Assembly (NCBI GenBank): GCA_045596725.1
Contig: JAZOCX010000122.1
Coordinates: 1 to 26,299 of the forward strand
Direction of reading: 5' to 3'
Source of the DNA: Eubacteriales bacterium
Lineage (GTDB): Bacteria; Bacillota; Clostridia; Oscillospirales; UMGS1783
DNA length: 26,299 bases
Shown here: one piece after another, positions 8,733-17,828 of the stretch
Numbering within the stretch: the first letter of the stretch is position 1
Layout of the letters: each line of letters opens with the position of its first letter
Translations under genes and position numbers: made by a program
The notes under the pieces: model-generated
The model's database searches: none
Told to the model about the DNA's origin: nothing
What the model saw: only the letters and a program-made list of their open reading frames with translations

Positions 8733-9380
8733 TTATCGGCTTTTGATCCAGCCCGTTACCTGCCCCGAAACGCCCACACGTTCCTTTTGGTTGGTGATGC
8801 GGATGCGTCCGTTTACCACCTTCTCATCCCAGCGGTAATAGACACCCGATACACGCCCCGCCTTCTTCTTGGCGGTAGATGAAACGTAAAGCGGTTCATT
8901 TTTCAAGGTCAATTCCCCCGTTGGGGGCGTCAGCAAGTTTTTCGTCTTGGGACTTTGGCGCTGACCCTCAAAAAGATAGGTTACCTTCTTCGGGTCAAGG
9001 GCGTATTTTGCCTTGTCTTTGAGGTTCCACACGCTGTACGTGCGGGGCGTTTGCCACACCTCATAATGCAAATGCACGCCCGTCGCCTTGCCCGTCTGCC
9101 CCATCACGCCGATGCTCTCGCCCTGCTTCACTTCCTGCCCACGCACCACCGAAATACGGCTTAAATGCCAGTATAAGGTATAATAGTAACCGTTACTGAT
9201 TTCGTGGCGAAGCACGACGTAGAGGGCTTTTGACGAGTCCATACCGCAGGAAGCGACGATGCCGTCGTCGGCGGCGAGAATGGGGACGTTGGGGGTAGTT
9301 TCCCAGCCGAGGTCAATGCCTCGGTGGAGGATCGAATAGTGTTTTGTAATACCAACGTAGTCTACGGGATAGCGTAACAT
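8733..9380 (-). CDS. M23-family peptidase endolysin with C-terminal putative cell-wall-binding domain
   Basis: HRGIDL, YWHL, MGQTGKATGVHLHYEV zinc motifs; AAGGAGG RBS before ATG 9380; follows the holin. Confidence 0.88.
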   Translation of the reverse strand: MLRYPVDYVGITKHYSILHRGIDLGWETTPNVPILAADDGIVASCGMDSSKALYVVLRHEISNGYYYTLYWHLSRISVVRGQEVKQGESIGVMGQTGKATGVHLHYEVWQTPRTYSVWNLKDKAKYALDPKKVTYLFEGQRQSPKTKNLLTPPTGELTLKNEPLYVSSTAKKKAGRVSGVYYRWDEKVVNGRIRITNQKERVGVSGQVTGWIKSR

Positions 9381-9381
9381 C

Positions 9382-9636
9382 TTATTCCTCCTTATCACAA
9401 AGACCTTTGGTGCGGGGGTCGATGACGGCGCTATATAAACTAACGAGCATCGACACGACCACGACGGGATTGCTGAGTGCCTGACCGATTAAATCAAAAA
9501 GGGCAGGCCAACTGGTGATGGAAGTAAAATCACGGCCGAAATAGGTTAGAATGGGTACAAAGAGCGAAACGATACACTGCACCCAAAAGATGGGGTTGGA
9601 AAAGCGGGTTTTCCAATCAATGCCTAAAAATTTCAT
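9382..9636 (-). CDS. Phage holin (phi LC3-like)
   Basis: IDWKTRFSNPIFWV N-terminus, two hydrophobic helices, AVIDPRTKGLCD C-terminus. Confidence 0.85.
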   Translation of the reverse strand: MKFLGIDWKTRFSNPIFWVQCIVSLFVPILTYFGRDFTSITSWPALFDLIGQALSNPVVVVSMLVSLYSAVIDPRTKGLCDKEE

Positions 9637-9639
9637 AGC

Positions 9640-9891
9640 TCACACTCCTTGTATATACCAAAAAACGAAACCGACCAAAAGCGCCACCGCCGACGCCGTT
9701 ACCGACCACAAAGCACGGGTAACGGAACGCAGGGAGGCGTCTACGATATTGAGTTTTTCGTGCATACGAGCCGTCTGCACCGCCATCTCGCCGAAGCGGT
9801 CCTGCTGACCCTTTTGAGAGGATTCCAGTTCTTGCAGACGGGCGTCGATGCGCTCGAAATGCTCACGGCAAACGGGGAGTTCGCAGTCCAT
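9640..9891 (-). CDS. XhlA-family small membrane protein of the lysis cassette
   Basis: Coiled-coil N-terminus, C-terminal transmembrane helix (LLVGFVFWYIQG), position before the holin. Confidence 0.65.
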   Translation of the reverse strand: MDCELPVCREHFERIDARLQELESSQKGQQDRFGEMAVQTARMHEKLNIVDASLRSVTRALWSVTASAVALLVGFVFWYIQGV

Positions 9892-10742
9892 TATACGACC
9901 AGTTTGAGCAGTTCGATATAATACTCATCCGACAGATCCTCGGCGGCAAGATCTAAGAAGGGACGGACGAGGGCGTCGGCATCACCGCCGATGCGCTTGA
10001 CGGTATCGAGCATCGAGAGGATGTTCACACGAATCCACTGATACCGCTCCTTGGCGGTGCCGTCGGCAGGGTAATTGCCCGACGTGGCCTTAGAATCGTT
10101 ATATTTCGAAAGTTCCAACTGATACTGACGGTTACTGTCGGCAATATCGGCGTTGGCCTTCTTCTCGTTTAACTTTTGCTTTTCCACGTCAAGCTGATAC
10201 TGGCGGTTACTATCGGCAATGTCGGCGTTCGCCTTTTTCTCATTGAGTGCCTGCACGGCAAGGGAGAGCTGATACTGACGGTCTTTTTCCGTCTGCTCCA
10301 CTTCCTGCTCCTGACGGCGCACCTGCTCCGAAAGATGCGAGGCGTAGGCGTTTTCCCGTGCCTTGCTGTCGGCCTCGTCCAGCGCCAGCAACGCCTCTCG
10401 CTCCTCTTTGGAGAGTTTATCCAGTTCCTCTTGCGAGAGATTGCGGATCTGCGAAAGGGCGTTTTGATAGACGTTGTAATAGCCCACCTTTGCCGTTTCG
10501 CTCTTGCCCGTTTTATCCAGCCCCAGCGCTGCCATGACCTCGGCGTTGTAGCCGGTGGGGTCGATGTTTTTGGCGTAGTCGGCATAAGCGCCTCGCATAC
10601 TCTCCTGCTTCTTCGCCTCGGCGCTCGCCTTTTTCTCGGCGGTCGTTTGCGCTACCTCTTCCCGCTCTTTTTGCGAGCGTTCCAAGGCTTCTTTCAGTTT
10701 CTTTTCGATAAGTTCATCGATGGTTTTTTCATAATCGCTCAT
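9891..10742 (-). CDS. Coiled-coil virion protein with 25-aa repeats (possible internal/ejection protein)
   Basis: 283 aa, helical and charged, located between the tail and lysis genes; function inferred from position only. Confidence 0.5.
   Translation of the reverse strand: MSDYEKTIDELIEKKLKEALERSQKEREEVAQTTAEKKASAEAKKQESMRGAYADYAKNIDPTGYNAEVMAALGLDKTGKSETAKVGYYNVYQNALSQIRNLSQEELDKLSKEEREALLALDEADSKARENAYASHLSEQVRRQEQEVEQTEKDRQYQLSLAVQALNEKKANADIADSNRQYQLDVEKQKLNEKKANADIADSNRQYQLELSKYNDSKATSGNYPADGTAKERYQWIRVNILSMLDTVKRIGGDADALVRPFLDLAAEDLSDEYYIELLKLVV
10116..10282 (-). repeat. 75-bp period coding tandem repeat (about 2.2 units)
   Basis: TGATACTG(A/G)CGG recurs at 10120, 10195 and 10270; encodes RQYQL...LNEKKANADIADSN. 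Confidence 0.9.
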
Positions 10743-10754
10743 ACTCTTCTCCTT

Positions 10755-11489
10755 TTATGATATGCGTTGCCAGACGTTTACGCCACCCATCAGGTCATCA
10801 CGTTTTACCCAGTTTCCCCCAAAGCGGGATTCGGGTGTCTCACTTCGTAACGAAAGATACAGCGCACCGATGGGATAAATGCGGCCGAGCATCGCTTCAA
10901 AGGTGGTGTCTTCGGGGGCTAACGCCCACTCGCTCGCCTGCTCGCCTAATTCCACCTGCAAATGGCGAAACTGCACCTTGCCGATAAAATCTCTGGCTAT
11001 CATCTGGAAGTAGTAGGAAGCGATGTCGTGCTCGGTTACGAAGACCGATTTGGAAATGCGTTGCCACTCTCCCGCCTTTTTCAGCGAGGTGCTCTTAAAG
11101 GGGGTGAGATACTGACTTTTTCCGCCCGTTTGGGCGTTGCGGGAAAAGCCAAGCTCGAAGCCCAGGTAGGGACGGACGGTGCCGTAGGTGATATCCTCCA
11201 CCACCCTCGCCTCAACCGACAGGGTAACCCACTGCCCCAACAACGGGGCGGTATCGGTGAGATACAGGGAGCGGAAAGCCGTCTGATCAAACTCGGTCAT
11301 GGTAATGGTAACGGTGTGGTCAACACGGTTAAACGTCATCCATTCATCGTCCTTGTAGTCGGCAAAGTCGCCGTTGCGCACGAGGTTGCGCCCGTCAAAG
11401 ACGGGCGGACGCAATTCCTCAATAGCCTTGGTGTTTTTGGCGATTTGGGAGAGGTCGAACTCCCGTTTAATGCGCTCGTAATCGGTCAT
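10755..11489 (-). CDS. Tail/receptor-binding protein with carbohydrate-binding-like domain
   Basis: GRNLVRNGDF start and QVELGEQASEWALAPED end of the beta-sandwich common in Firmicute phage tail proteins; C-terminal IYPIGALY...FGGNW motif; ATGA overlap supports start 11489. Confidence 0.6.
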   Translation of the reverse strand: MTDYERIKREFDLSQIAKNTKAIEELRPPVFDGRNLVRNGDFADYKDDEWMTFNRVDHTVTITMTEFDQTAFRSLYLTDTAPLLGQWVTLSVEARVVEDITYGTVRPYLGFELGFSRNAQTGGKSQYLTPFKSTSLKKAGEWQRISKSVFVTEHDIASYYFQMIARDFIGKVQFRHLQVELGEQASEWALAPEDTTFEAMLGRIYPIGALYLSLRSETPESRFGGNWVKRDDLMGGVNVWQRIS

Positions 11490-12271
11490 AGCCCACGCCT
11501 CCAACCGCTCGCATAGGCATAGATAACGGCACTTTGCCAGCCGCCTTGGTAAATAAAGAGCCGACCACGCTCAAACCCGCCGTCTCGGCGCTGACGAAGG
11601 TTGCCCGACAGGGGCACCGACAGCGTTTTGCCACAACTGCCGACCCCCACCGTTTCCAGACTGACGGTAACGAGGGCGTTTCTCGCCGCTCCCGCCGCAC
11701 GGTAAGCCTTCAACAGTTCTCCGCCCGAGAACATCACCTTGCCCTTATCAAACCCGTCGCGGGTGGCAAAGGATACCCCGCCGATCATAAAACGGAGATT
11801 TTTTGTGGGGTTTGAAAGAGAATCGCTCACCCCCAGCGTGATGCCCTCTTCGAGATTCCCGCCGATGCTCACGATCTGCGAGGCACGGGGCAGGGCGGTG
11901 CAAACCAGATTAAGGCTGACACTACCGCTGCCGGGGGTATAAGCACCGCCCGAGGGCCCGCCGAAGGTACCGCTGATGGAAAGGGTCAGTTTCCCGCTTG
12001 CATCGTGGTTGAATACCCCTTCATAGCTCGCCAACACCACGCTGTCATACCGACCGCTCAGACTGTAATAGTCCGAATAGGTCTTGACCGCCACCCCGCC
12101 GACCGACAACACACCGTTGCAGAGATACTGCTGAAAATAGGTGCCGTTAGCGGTCAGTTTCAGTTCAATGGCAACCACCGAGGTGTTGCCCACGGCGTCA
12201 TAGGCACGCTCGGTCGCTGTGAGCGTTAGGGTGTAGCCGTTTTTAGTAGTTGTTACTGAATTTGTTGCCAT
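11486..12271 (-). CDS. Phage minor structural tail protein (DUF859-like N-terminus)
   Basis: Beta-rich; NTSVVAIEL, HDASGKLTLSISG, ALPRASQI motifs. Confidence 0.55.
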   Translation of the reverse strand: MATNSVTTTKNGYTLTLTATERAYDAVGNTSVVAIELKLTANGTYFQQYLCNGVLSVGGVAVKTYSDYYSLSGRYDSVVLASYEGVFNHDASGKLTLSISGTFGGPSGGAYTPGSGSVSLNLVCTALPRASQIVSIGGNLEEGITLGVSDSLSNPTKNLRFMIGGVSFATRDGFDKGKVMFSGGELLKAYRAAGAARNALVTVSLETVGVGSCGKTLSVPLSGNLRQRRDGGFERGRLFIYQGGWQSAVIYAYASGWRRGL

Positions 12272-12280
12272 ACTGCCTCC

Positions 12281-12748
12281 TTAATAGAGGACGAAGAGAT
12301 CGCCGTCATTGGCGGTGGTGGGCAGGGCGGTACCGCAGGTGATCTTGGCTTGGGTCGCCGCTAAGGACGCCGTAAGGGCGTCCATCTCGACGGCAAAGCC
12401 GTCGAGGGCGTCGGCCTGCTCTTTCAGTTCCGTCTTGCACTCGGCCATCTCCTGTTTTACCTCGCCCACCTGCTCCGACAACGCCTTACCGCAGGCGGCC
12501 GACAATGCGGCGGCCTCGTCCTCGCTGTCAAGCGTATTGTTAACGGCGGGAATATCGATGTTCTCCATCTTGCCGTCGATGAGGGCAAGCGCCTCTTCCA
12601 CCTCGGGCAGGAGGGTTTCGTTAAGGTAGTTGCCGATCTGCACGGCACCCTCATCAAACTTCGCTTTGAGCGCCGCCGCCGTTTCGGTGGGGCTGTCGGG
12701 AAGTTTCGAGATGATGGCGAGATCGGCTGTTAATCTGCTTAAATTCAT
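12281..12748 (-). CDS. Tail fibre-like or coiled-coil structural protein
   Basis: KLPDSP...LKAKFD N-terminus, VNNTLDS..ALSAACGKAL and ITCGTALP..DGDLF fibre-type motifs; start at ATG 12748 after GTGAGG. Confidence 0.5.
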   Translation of the reverse strand: MNLSRLTADLAIISKLPDSPTETAAALKAKFDEGAVQIGNYLNETLLPEVEEALALIDGKMENIDIPAVNNTLDSEDEAAALSAACGKALSEQVGEVKQEMAECKTELKEQADALDGFAVEMDALTASLAATQAKITCGTALPTTANDGDLFVLY

Positions 12749-12756
12749 AGCTTTCC

Positions 12757-14418
12757 TCACTTTACATAGTCAATGATATCGGCACGGTAGCGCACCGCCG
12801 CCACCCCAAACCGCTTATCCGAGGCAAAGCGCAGACGCAGGGTCAGAAAATCCTTTTCCCGCAGAGGCAGACGCACCAAATCATCGTCTGCCGTGGTAAA
12901 GGAAAGGGTGGCAAAATCAAGATGGGCGAAATTCAGTCCCCCAAGATTAAAGGCGGAAACGATGCGCTCGGCTCCCCCGTCGGCAACCGAGGAAACGGTT
13001 ACGTGAGCGTTGGCGATGCGTTTGAGAAGTGCCACCGCCCCTTTTTTGCTGACCCGCTTTCTGAGCGAAGGGTCGCCGGCACACTCATCTCTCGTTTCAA
13101 AGAAACTAATAATCGGCTCGCCGTCGTCGTCGGTGCCGTCGAAAACCACCAAGCGTCCTTCCTTTGCCCCGTACAGTTGTCCTTGCTCGCTCCATACGCC
13201 ATCAAGCCCCACCGTCCAGACAAACCATTCGTACTCACGGTGTCCGTCCACCGTGTAAGGGGCACGGCCGTCGGCAAGATAGAGCGTCCCACCGCACAGC
13301 AGACAGAGATAGGAGCCCCACACGGCAAAGGTCCCGCCCTTTTTGAGGGAAATATCGATCAATGTCGATCGGTGTCCCATACCCGATGCCATACCCTCTA
13401 CGCCACGCTCGGAGCGCCAGACGATATCGTCCAAAAAGGCGGTCGCCTCTCCGATGCACCCCACCGTAATAAGGTCGGCGGGCGGATAGATGCGCCCGAG
13501 CTCGTAATCGGTTTGGGGACGGTGTCGGCAGACTCCGCCCCGATGCAGGGCGTACAGGCAATCCTCGCCTACTACCAAGGCTTCTACGCTGTCCTCACTG
13601 TCCCGATACCAGTCGGTATCGGCGAAATAGGCAGGGTCGCCAAGGCGACTGTGTCGCACCAGCCCGCCCTCGGCGAGAAAGACACGGTTGTCGTACACGC
13701 AAGGGCTTTTGCCACCCGTTACCTTCTCCCGCTCTCCCCCTTTGGCATAGGTAATAATCACGTTATCGTCCCCGCCCGAGGGTGCCGAGGGCGCCGTGGT
13801 AAAGACCACCTTGCCCGCCGTTTTATCGACAGTAAAGGCGGTAACCTTTTTATTATCGACAGTTATCGATATAATATCGTCAATGTCGGTGGCGTCGAGG
13901 TAGTAGTCGGTGGTGCCGTTGCCTCGGAAGGAGTTGATGCGCTTGTTTGTCAATAAATTAACGGGTTGGAGTGCCGTTCCCCCGCCTAAGGGGGCACGGC
14001 CCACCGTCGTCATCGGCACGGTACCTTCCATAACGGAGAGCGTCTTGCCGTCAAAGCGGTAGTAGTTCTCGCCGTCGAGCAGGTAGAGGGCGCCGTCAAA
14101 GACAAAACCCTGCGAGGGAGCATCGGCAAGGGTGCCGATGCTCTTGCCCGTCATATCGCACAGGTCTGCTCCCGCATGGATAAACAGGGCGTCGCCTAAG
14201 CGATAGAGGGCGTGAATGGTGGCGTGAAAATCGTGCAGGGTGCGCATACCGGGGCGGGTTTCGAGGAAATCGGAAAAGCCGTCGGCGTAGCGCTTGTACA
14301 TATTCTCCATACTGGGCGAGCGTCGGGGGCTGATGCTTCTGCCCTGGGTGGAAAAATCCACTCCGCCCAAGGCTTCATAGGCAACGCTTACGCTTCTTGC
14401 CTTTTCGGGTAAGTTCAT
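12757..14418 (-). CDS. Short-tail nozzle / head-stabilisation protein (P22 gp10-like position)
   Basis: 553 aa, beta-rich, GGVDF...RSPSMENM N-terminus, follows the adaptor; assignment by synteny. Confidence 0.5.
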   Translation of the reverse strand: MNLPEKARSVSVAYEALGGVDFSTQGRSISPRRSPSMENMYKRYADGFSDFLETRPGMRTLHDFHATIHALYRLGDALFIHAGADLCDMTGKSIGTLADAPSQGFVFDGALYLLDGENYYRFDGKTLSVMEGTVPMTTVGRAPLGGGTALQPVNLLTNKRINSFRGNGTTDYYLDATDIDDIISITVDNKKVTAFTVDKTAGKVVFTTAPSAPSGGDDNVIITYAKGGEREKVTGGKSPCVYDNRVFLAEGGLVRHSRLGDPAYFADTDWYRDSEDSVEALVVGEDCLYALHRGGVCRHRPQTDYELGRIYPPADLITVGCIGEATAFLDDIVWRSERGVEGMASGMGHRSTLIDISLKKGGTFAVWGSYLCLLCGGTLYLADGRAPYTVDGHREYEWFVWTVGLDGVWSEQGQLYGAKEGRLVVFDGTDDDGEPIISFFETRDECAGDPSLRKRVSKKGAVALLKRIANAHVTVSSVADGGAERIVSAFNLGGLNFAHLDFATLSFTTADDDLVRLPLREKDFLTLRLRFASDKRFGVAAVRYRADIIDYVK

Positions 14419-14957
14419 ATATCCTCACCCGCCCTGACAACGCCCACGCTCTTGGGACGGAAGGTTTGGAACTGCGCAAGCAGTTCGTAGGCATCGGTGC
14501 GGAAACGCACGGCTTTGCGCTCGTCCTCGTCCTCCCAGACGTAAAAGGAGGCGAGTATGGGCAGGAGGATTCCCGCCTCTTCGCTGAGCATCAGTTCCTT
14601 TTCATCGCTATCGGATAGCGTGATACAAGGGGGAGCCACTCGGTAAAAGGCGTACCACTCGCCATCTTCCCCCACGACGATACTGCCGTCGGGCAGGGTA
14701 TGATAGGCGGGACGGGCGGTACGGTCGGCGGTGTAGATATCTACCCAGCCGCCGAAATCGTCGCAGTCGCTTCCGTCAAGAACCTCACCGCCAACGACGC
14801 TCAGCCGAACCCCTTTGATAAGTGGCAGGGTTCGGCACAGCAGTACGGCAGCACGGTTGACCGCCTCACAAAAACGCTCGGGCAGACGGGTGTAGGCGGT
14901 CATATCCTCACCGCCTAAGCGCAACATTTCGCCCTTGATCTCTCCCCATCGTTTCAT
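14415..14957 (-). CDS. Head-tail adaptor-like protein
   Basis: 180 aa immediately after the capsid gene; helical N- and C-termini; assignment by synteny. Confidence 0.5.
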   Translation of the reverse strand: MKRWGEIKGEMLRLGGEDMTAYTRLPERFCEAVNRAAVLLCRTLPLIKGVRLSVVGGEVLDGSDCDDFGGWVDIYTADRTARPAYHTLPDGSIVVGEDGEWYAFYRVAPPCITLSDSDEKELMLSEEAGILLPILASFYVWEDEDERKAVRFRTDAYELLAQFQTFRPKSVGVVRAGEDI

Positions 14958-14975
14958 AAAAATCCCTCCTTTTCA

Positions 14976-14993
14976 CTCCCCCCTAAGGGGGAG
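14976..14993 (-). terminator. GC hairpin after the major capsid gene (partial terminator or stabiliser)
   Basis: CTCCCCC-CTAA-GGGGGAG stem in the largest gap (42 nt) of the operon. Confidence 0.4.
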
Positions 14994-14999
14994 CGTGTC

Positions 15000-15815
15000 T
15001 TAGGCGCTGTGTGCCTTAATAACGTACATTTCCTTGGGACGAACCACCTTCGCGCCATAGGTATCCAAGCCCTTAACGGCATCCTGGAAACGCTGGGCGG
15101 GGCGATAGGCCTCGGTCTGATTGATCTGACCGGCAAAGGCGATCGCCTTTTTGGTACGGATCATCATATAATCGTCGGTGCCGTCGCTATACAGATTGGT
15201 GGAAATCTTCACCATGGCGCCGTTGTACATACCGACGATACCCTTCTTCACCAACTCCACGTTGTCGGTGTAGAGGTGGGTGAGGGCGTCCTTAAAGAGG
15301 TTATAGAACCAAGGGCTGACGGTGATAACGACCTCGTCGTTAATCTTCACGTCGTTGCCCCAGAGCCATACGAAGGCGTCGTCAACCGCCTTTTTGGCGC
15401 TCTCGGCATCGCTGACGGCAAGGGAGTCGGAGAGTTTGCCGGCATCAATTGCCTGCGCACCGACAAAGCGATCACGCTCCTGAGCGAGTGCAGCGGCCGA
15501 TTCCTGCATCAGGGCAGGCATCAGGCCCTCGATGGACTGTGCCTTGTCCACGTCGTCCACGCCGAAGTTGAAGAACTTGGCCTGGGTGATGTCGAGGTAC
15601 AGGGCGGTGTCGGCAACCTCTTCGGGGGCGCCGATGTCGGTGCCGGTGTAGTCGCCGATGGTGGGACGGGTTACGCCCAAAATCTTAACACGGGAGCCAC
15701 GCTTGGCGTCGCCCTCGAATTCGGTGTTGCAGTCTTCGACCAATACCGAAGCCTTTTCCAGCTCGTGCTGAATGTGATTGGACCATACGATCGGTTTGAA
15801 ATTAGAATAAGCCAT
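15000..15815 (-). CDS. Major capsid protein (P22 coat protein gp5-like, HK97 fold)
   Basis: FKPIVWS...NTEFEG.AKRGSRVKI N-terminus, F.DAVKGL.TYGAKVVRP C-terminus; follows portal and scaffold. Confidence 0.85.
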   Translation of the reverse strand: MAYSNFKPIVWSNHIQHELEKASVLVEDCNTEFEGDAKRGSRVKILGVTRPTIGDYTGTDIGAPEEVADTALYLDITQAKFFNFGVDDVDKAQSIEGLMPALMQESAAALAQERDRFVGAQAIDAGKLSDSLAVSDAESAKKAVDDAFVWLWGNDVKINDEVVITVSPWFYNLFKDALTHLYTDNVELVKKGIVGMYNGAMVKISTNLYSDGTDDYMMIRTKKAIAFAGQINQTEAYRPAQRFQDAVKGLDTYGAKVVRPKEMYVIKAHSA

Positions 15816-15819
15816 TGTT

Positions 15820-16299
15820 TTATCTCCATTTCGTCATTGATTTTTGAATCCGTGCCAAAAGGCCCGGATCTTTTTTGAAGTCGGCACGGGTCAAGCGGTC
15901 GACCTCTTGGGGGGTGTAGTATTCCTTGGGTGTCTCCACGGCGGCGTTGACCTCACCGACCGTGGGAGGCGGGGCAGCCGTTCCCCGTTTCTTTGCGGCT
16001 GCAAGGATCTCATAGGCGGTAACGGCGTCTACCCGACCCGTTGCCATAATGTGAATGAAATCCTTTGGCAGGTCATCCAGCCCCGTTGCGGAAAATTCGG
16101 GATACACCGCTTTTATCGAGGCGATGTCCTTTTCCACGGCGGTACGATCACGAAGCTTGCGCAGATCGCTTAACTCCGCTTGGCTGTCCTGCCACTGCTG
16201 TTGCTGGGCTTTCAGGGTTCCCAGCTCCTGTTCGGCACGCTCCTTGGCACGTCGCAAGGCGGCAAAGGCGGCGTTGTCCTGAGGGGTCTGCTTTTCCAT
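15820..16299 (-). CDS. Capsid scaffolding protein (putative)
   Basis: Coiled-coil N-terminus (DNAAFAALRR), short helical C-terminal capsid-binding-like tail; between portal and capsid. Confidence 0.6.
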   Translation of the reverse strand: MEKQTPQDNAAFAALRRAKERAEQELGTLKAQQQQWQDSQAELSDLRKLRDRTAVEKDIASIKAVYPEFSATGLDDLPKDFIHIMATGRVDAVTAYEILAAAKKRGTAAPPPTVGEVNAAVETPKEYYTPQEVDRLTRADFKKDPGLLARIQKSMTKWR

Positions 16300-16313
16300 T
16301 TCTCTTCTCCTTT

Positions 16314-17819
16314 TTACGCATTGAGGGTGCGATTTTGCAAAATTTGCTCCAATTTACCCTTGGGCAGTGCCGAGGATGCATCAAGCAAACTTACATACTC
16401 TTCAAAACTTAAATGTCCCGCCGCAAACAGGTTATCGAGCGCCTGCGCTGCGGCATAGCGGGAGTAGGGCGATTCGGAGGAAATGTCCACCCGAATTCTG
16501 ACACGAAGCCCGTCAAAGGCAGAGGGCGCAAGAATCTCCTCACTGCCGTCGGTATAGATGACCGCCAAGCCCGAAGGATGATAGACGCACCAAAGTTCAA
16601 ACCAAAGTGCGGCAATATCCTCGATGCACTGACGATAGGAAGCAATCTGCTCGTTAAGAGGCAACTGTGCCAAATCACGCACCGCCAAAATAGCGGCACC
16701 CGAAGCCTTTTCGGGGTTAATAGCGCCCATGATCCCGTCGCCGGCACCGGCAAGGGCACGGGTGGTGTTCATCAGTTCATCCGCCAAACGCTCGGCGGCA
16801 CTGTTAATAGGTGCAGGCGTCAGATAGGTGATGAGGTCGCTGACAGGGTTCTCGGTCAGATTTTCCACCGCCACGTGCGCCCCCACCTGCGAAAGGGTGT
16901 CGGGATCGCCGATGCGGTCTTTGTCGTAAACGAGTTTCGGGTAGGCAAAGTTCTTTACCGCCAGCGCCCGTCTTGCCATCGTCTTGTTCAGCTCGTCTTG
17001 GTTGGGGATGAGTCCCGCCACCTCGCTGTACCCACGCGACGAGCCCTTCACGGTCTGCCACACCAGATGCACCAGCGGATAGAGCGAAAGTCCGCCCCTC
17101 ACCTTTCCCTGCTCGTCGATGGAGCACAGGGGCGTGTCGGGCTGGTAGATGACCGTCTTGGTCGAGCGCATCGTGTGTACGTACCCCTGCTCGTCCTTGT
17201 ACAGATAGAGTAGGCTCGTACACTTGCTCTGCCCCATCTCGGCCTTGGCCTGCTCGGTGAGCAGATTGCCCGTTAAATCATCGGGCAGAACCTGCGAAAG
17301 CACCTTGTCGCTCAGCCCGTTTTGTTTGCCGATGCGGTAAATGTCCTCGATGCTCCGACGCTCGGCAATCACAATATAGGGCTGACGCTGAATATCGGCG
17401 CACTGCTCGTCGCCTAAGTAAATGTTGGTGCTGTCCAGCACCTCGGCACGGCCGTCGGCATCGTAAAAGTAGAGGAAACTGTCCCCCACCACCGCCGCAT
17501 CACGTACCGCCGCCCAGCATAAACTGTCGAGCTTAAACTGCTCCCAGCGTGCGGCGGCAAAATCGCAGAGTTTTTCGCAAAGCTCGGCATTGCCCTGTCC
17601 AATGGGGGTAAAGGTAATGCCCACCTTGCCCTGCGCTACCGTGGCTACCTTGTTTTTCACGGTGGGCCCGATAATGTTCATCACCGGCCAGTCCTCGCCC
17701 TGCCATTGGTCGCCAAGGTAGTAACGATGCGCCTTTTCGGCACTCTCGTACAGTCCGATGCGCCGATGATGCTCTTGTCCTTTCTCGTAAAGTTGCCAGA
17801 TTTCGGTTGCTTGTTTCAT
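16314..17819 (-). CDS. Portal protein (P22/podovirus-like)
   Basis: 501 aa following terL; YYLGDQW, SGAAI motifs; helical C-terminus. Confidence 0.8.
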   Translation of the reverse strand: MKQATEIWQLYEKGQEHHRRIGLYESAEKAHRYYLGDQWQGEDWPVMNIIGPTVKNKVATVAQGKVGITFTPIGQGNAELCEKLCDFAAARWEQFKLDSLCWAAVRDAAVVGDSFLYFYDADGRAEVLDSTNIYLGDEQCADIQRQPYIVIAERRSIEDIYRIGKQNGLSDKVLSQVLPDDLTGNLLTEQAKAEMGQSKCTSLLYLYKDEQGYVHTMRSTKTVIYQPDTPLCSIDEQGKVRGGLSLYPLVHLVWQTVKGSSRGYSEVAGLIPNQDELNKTMARRALAVKNFAYPKLVYDKDRIGDPDTLSQVGAHVAVENLTENPVSDLITYLTPAPINSAAERLADELMNTTRALAGAGDGIMGAINPEKASGAAILAVRDLAQLPLNEQIASYRQCIEDIAALWFELWCVYHPSGLAVIYTDGSEEILAPSAFDGLRVRIRVDISSESPYSRYAAAQALDNLFAAGHLSFEEYVSLLDASSALPKGKLEQILQNRTLNA

Positions 17820-17828
17820 AAGCTCCTC

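Noticed and set aside
12922-13956. 344-aa plus-strand ORF
   Set aside because: Fully antisense to the tail nozzle gene, no recognisable motif; shadow ORF typical of GC-rich coding DNA.
15009-17213. Long plus-strand ORFs 15009-15878 and 16413-17213
   Set aside because: Antisense shadows of the capsid and portal genes, without RBS or family motifs.
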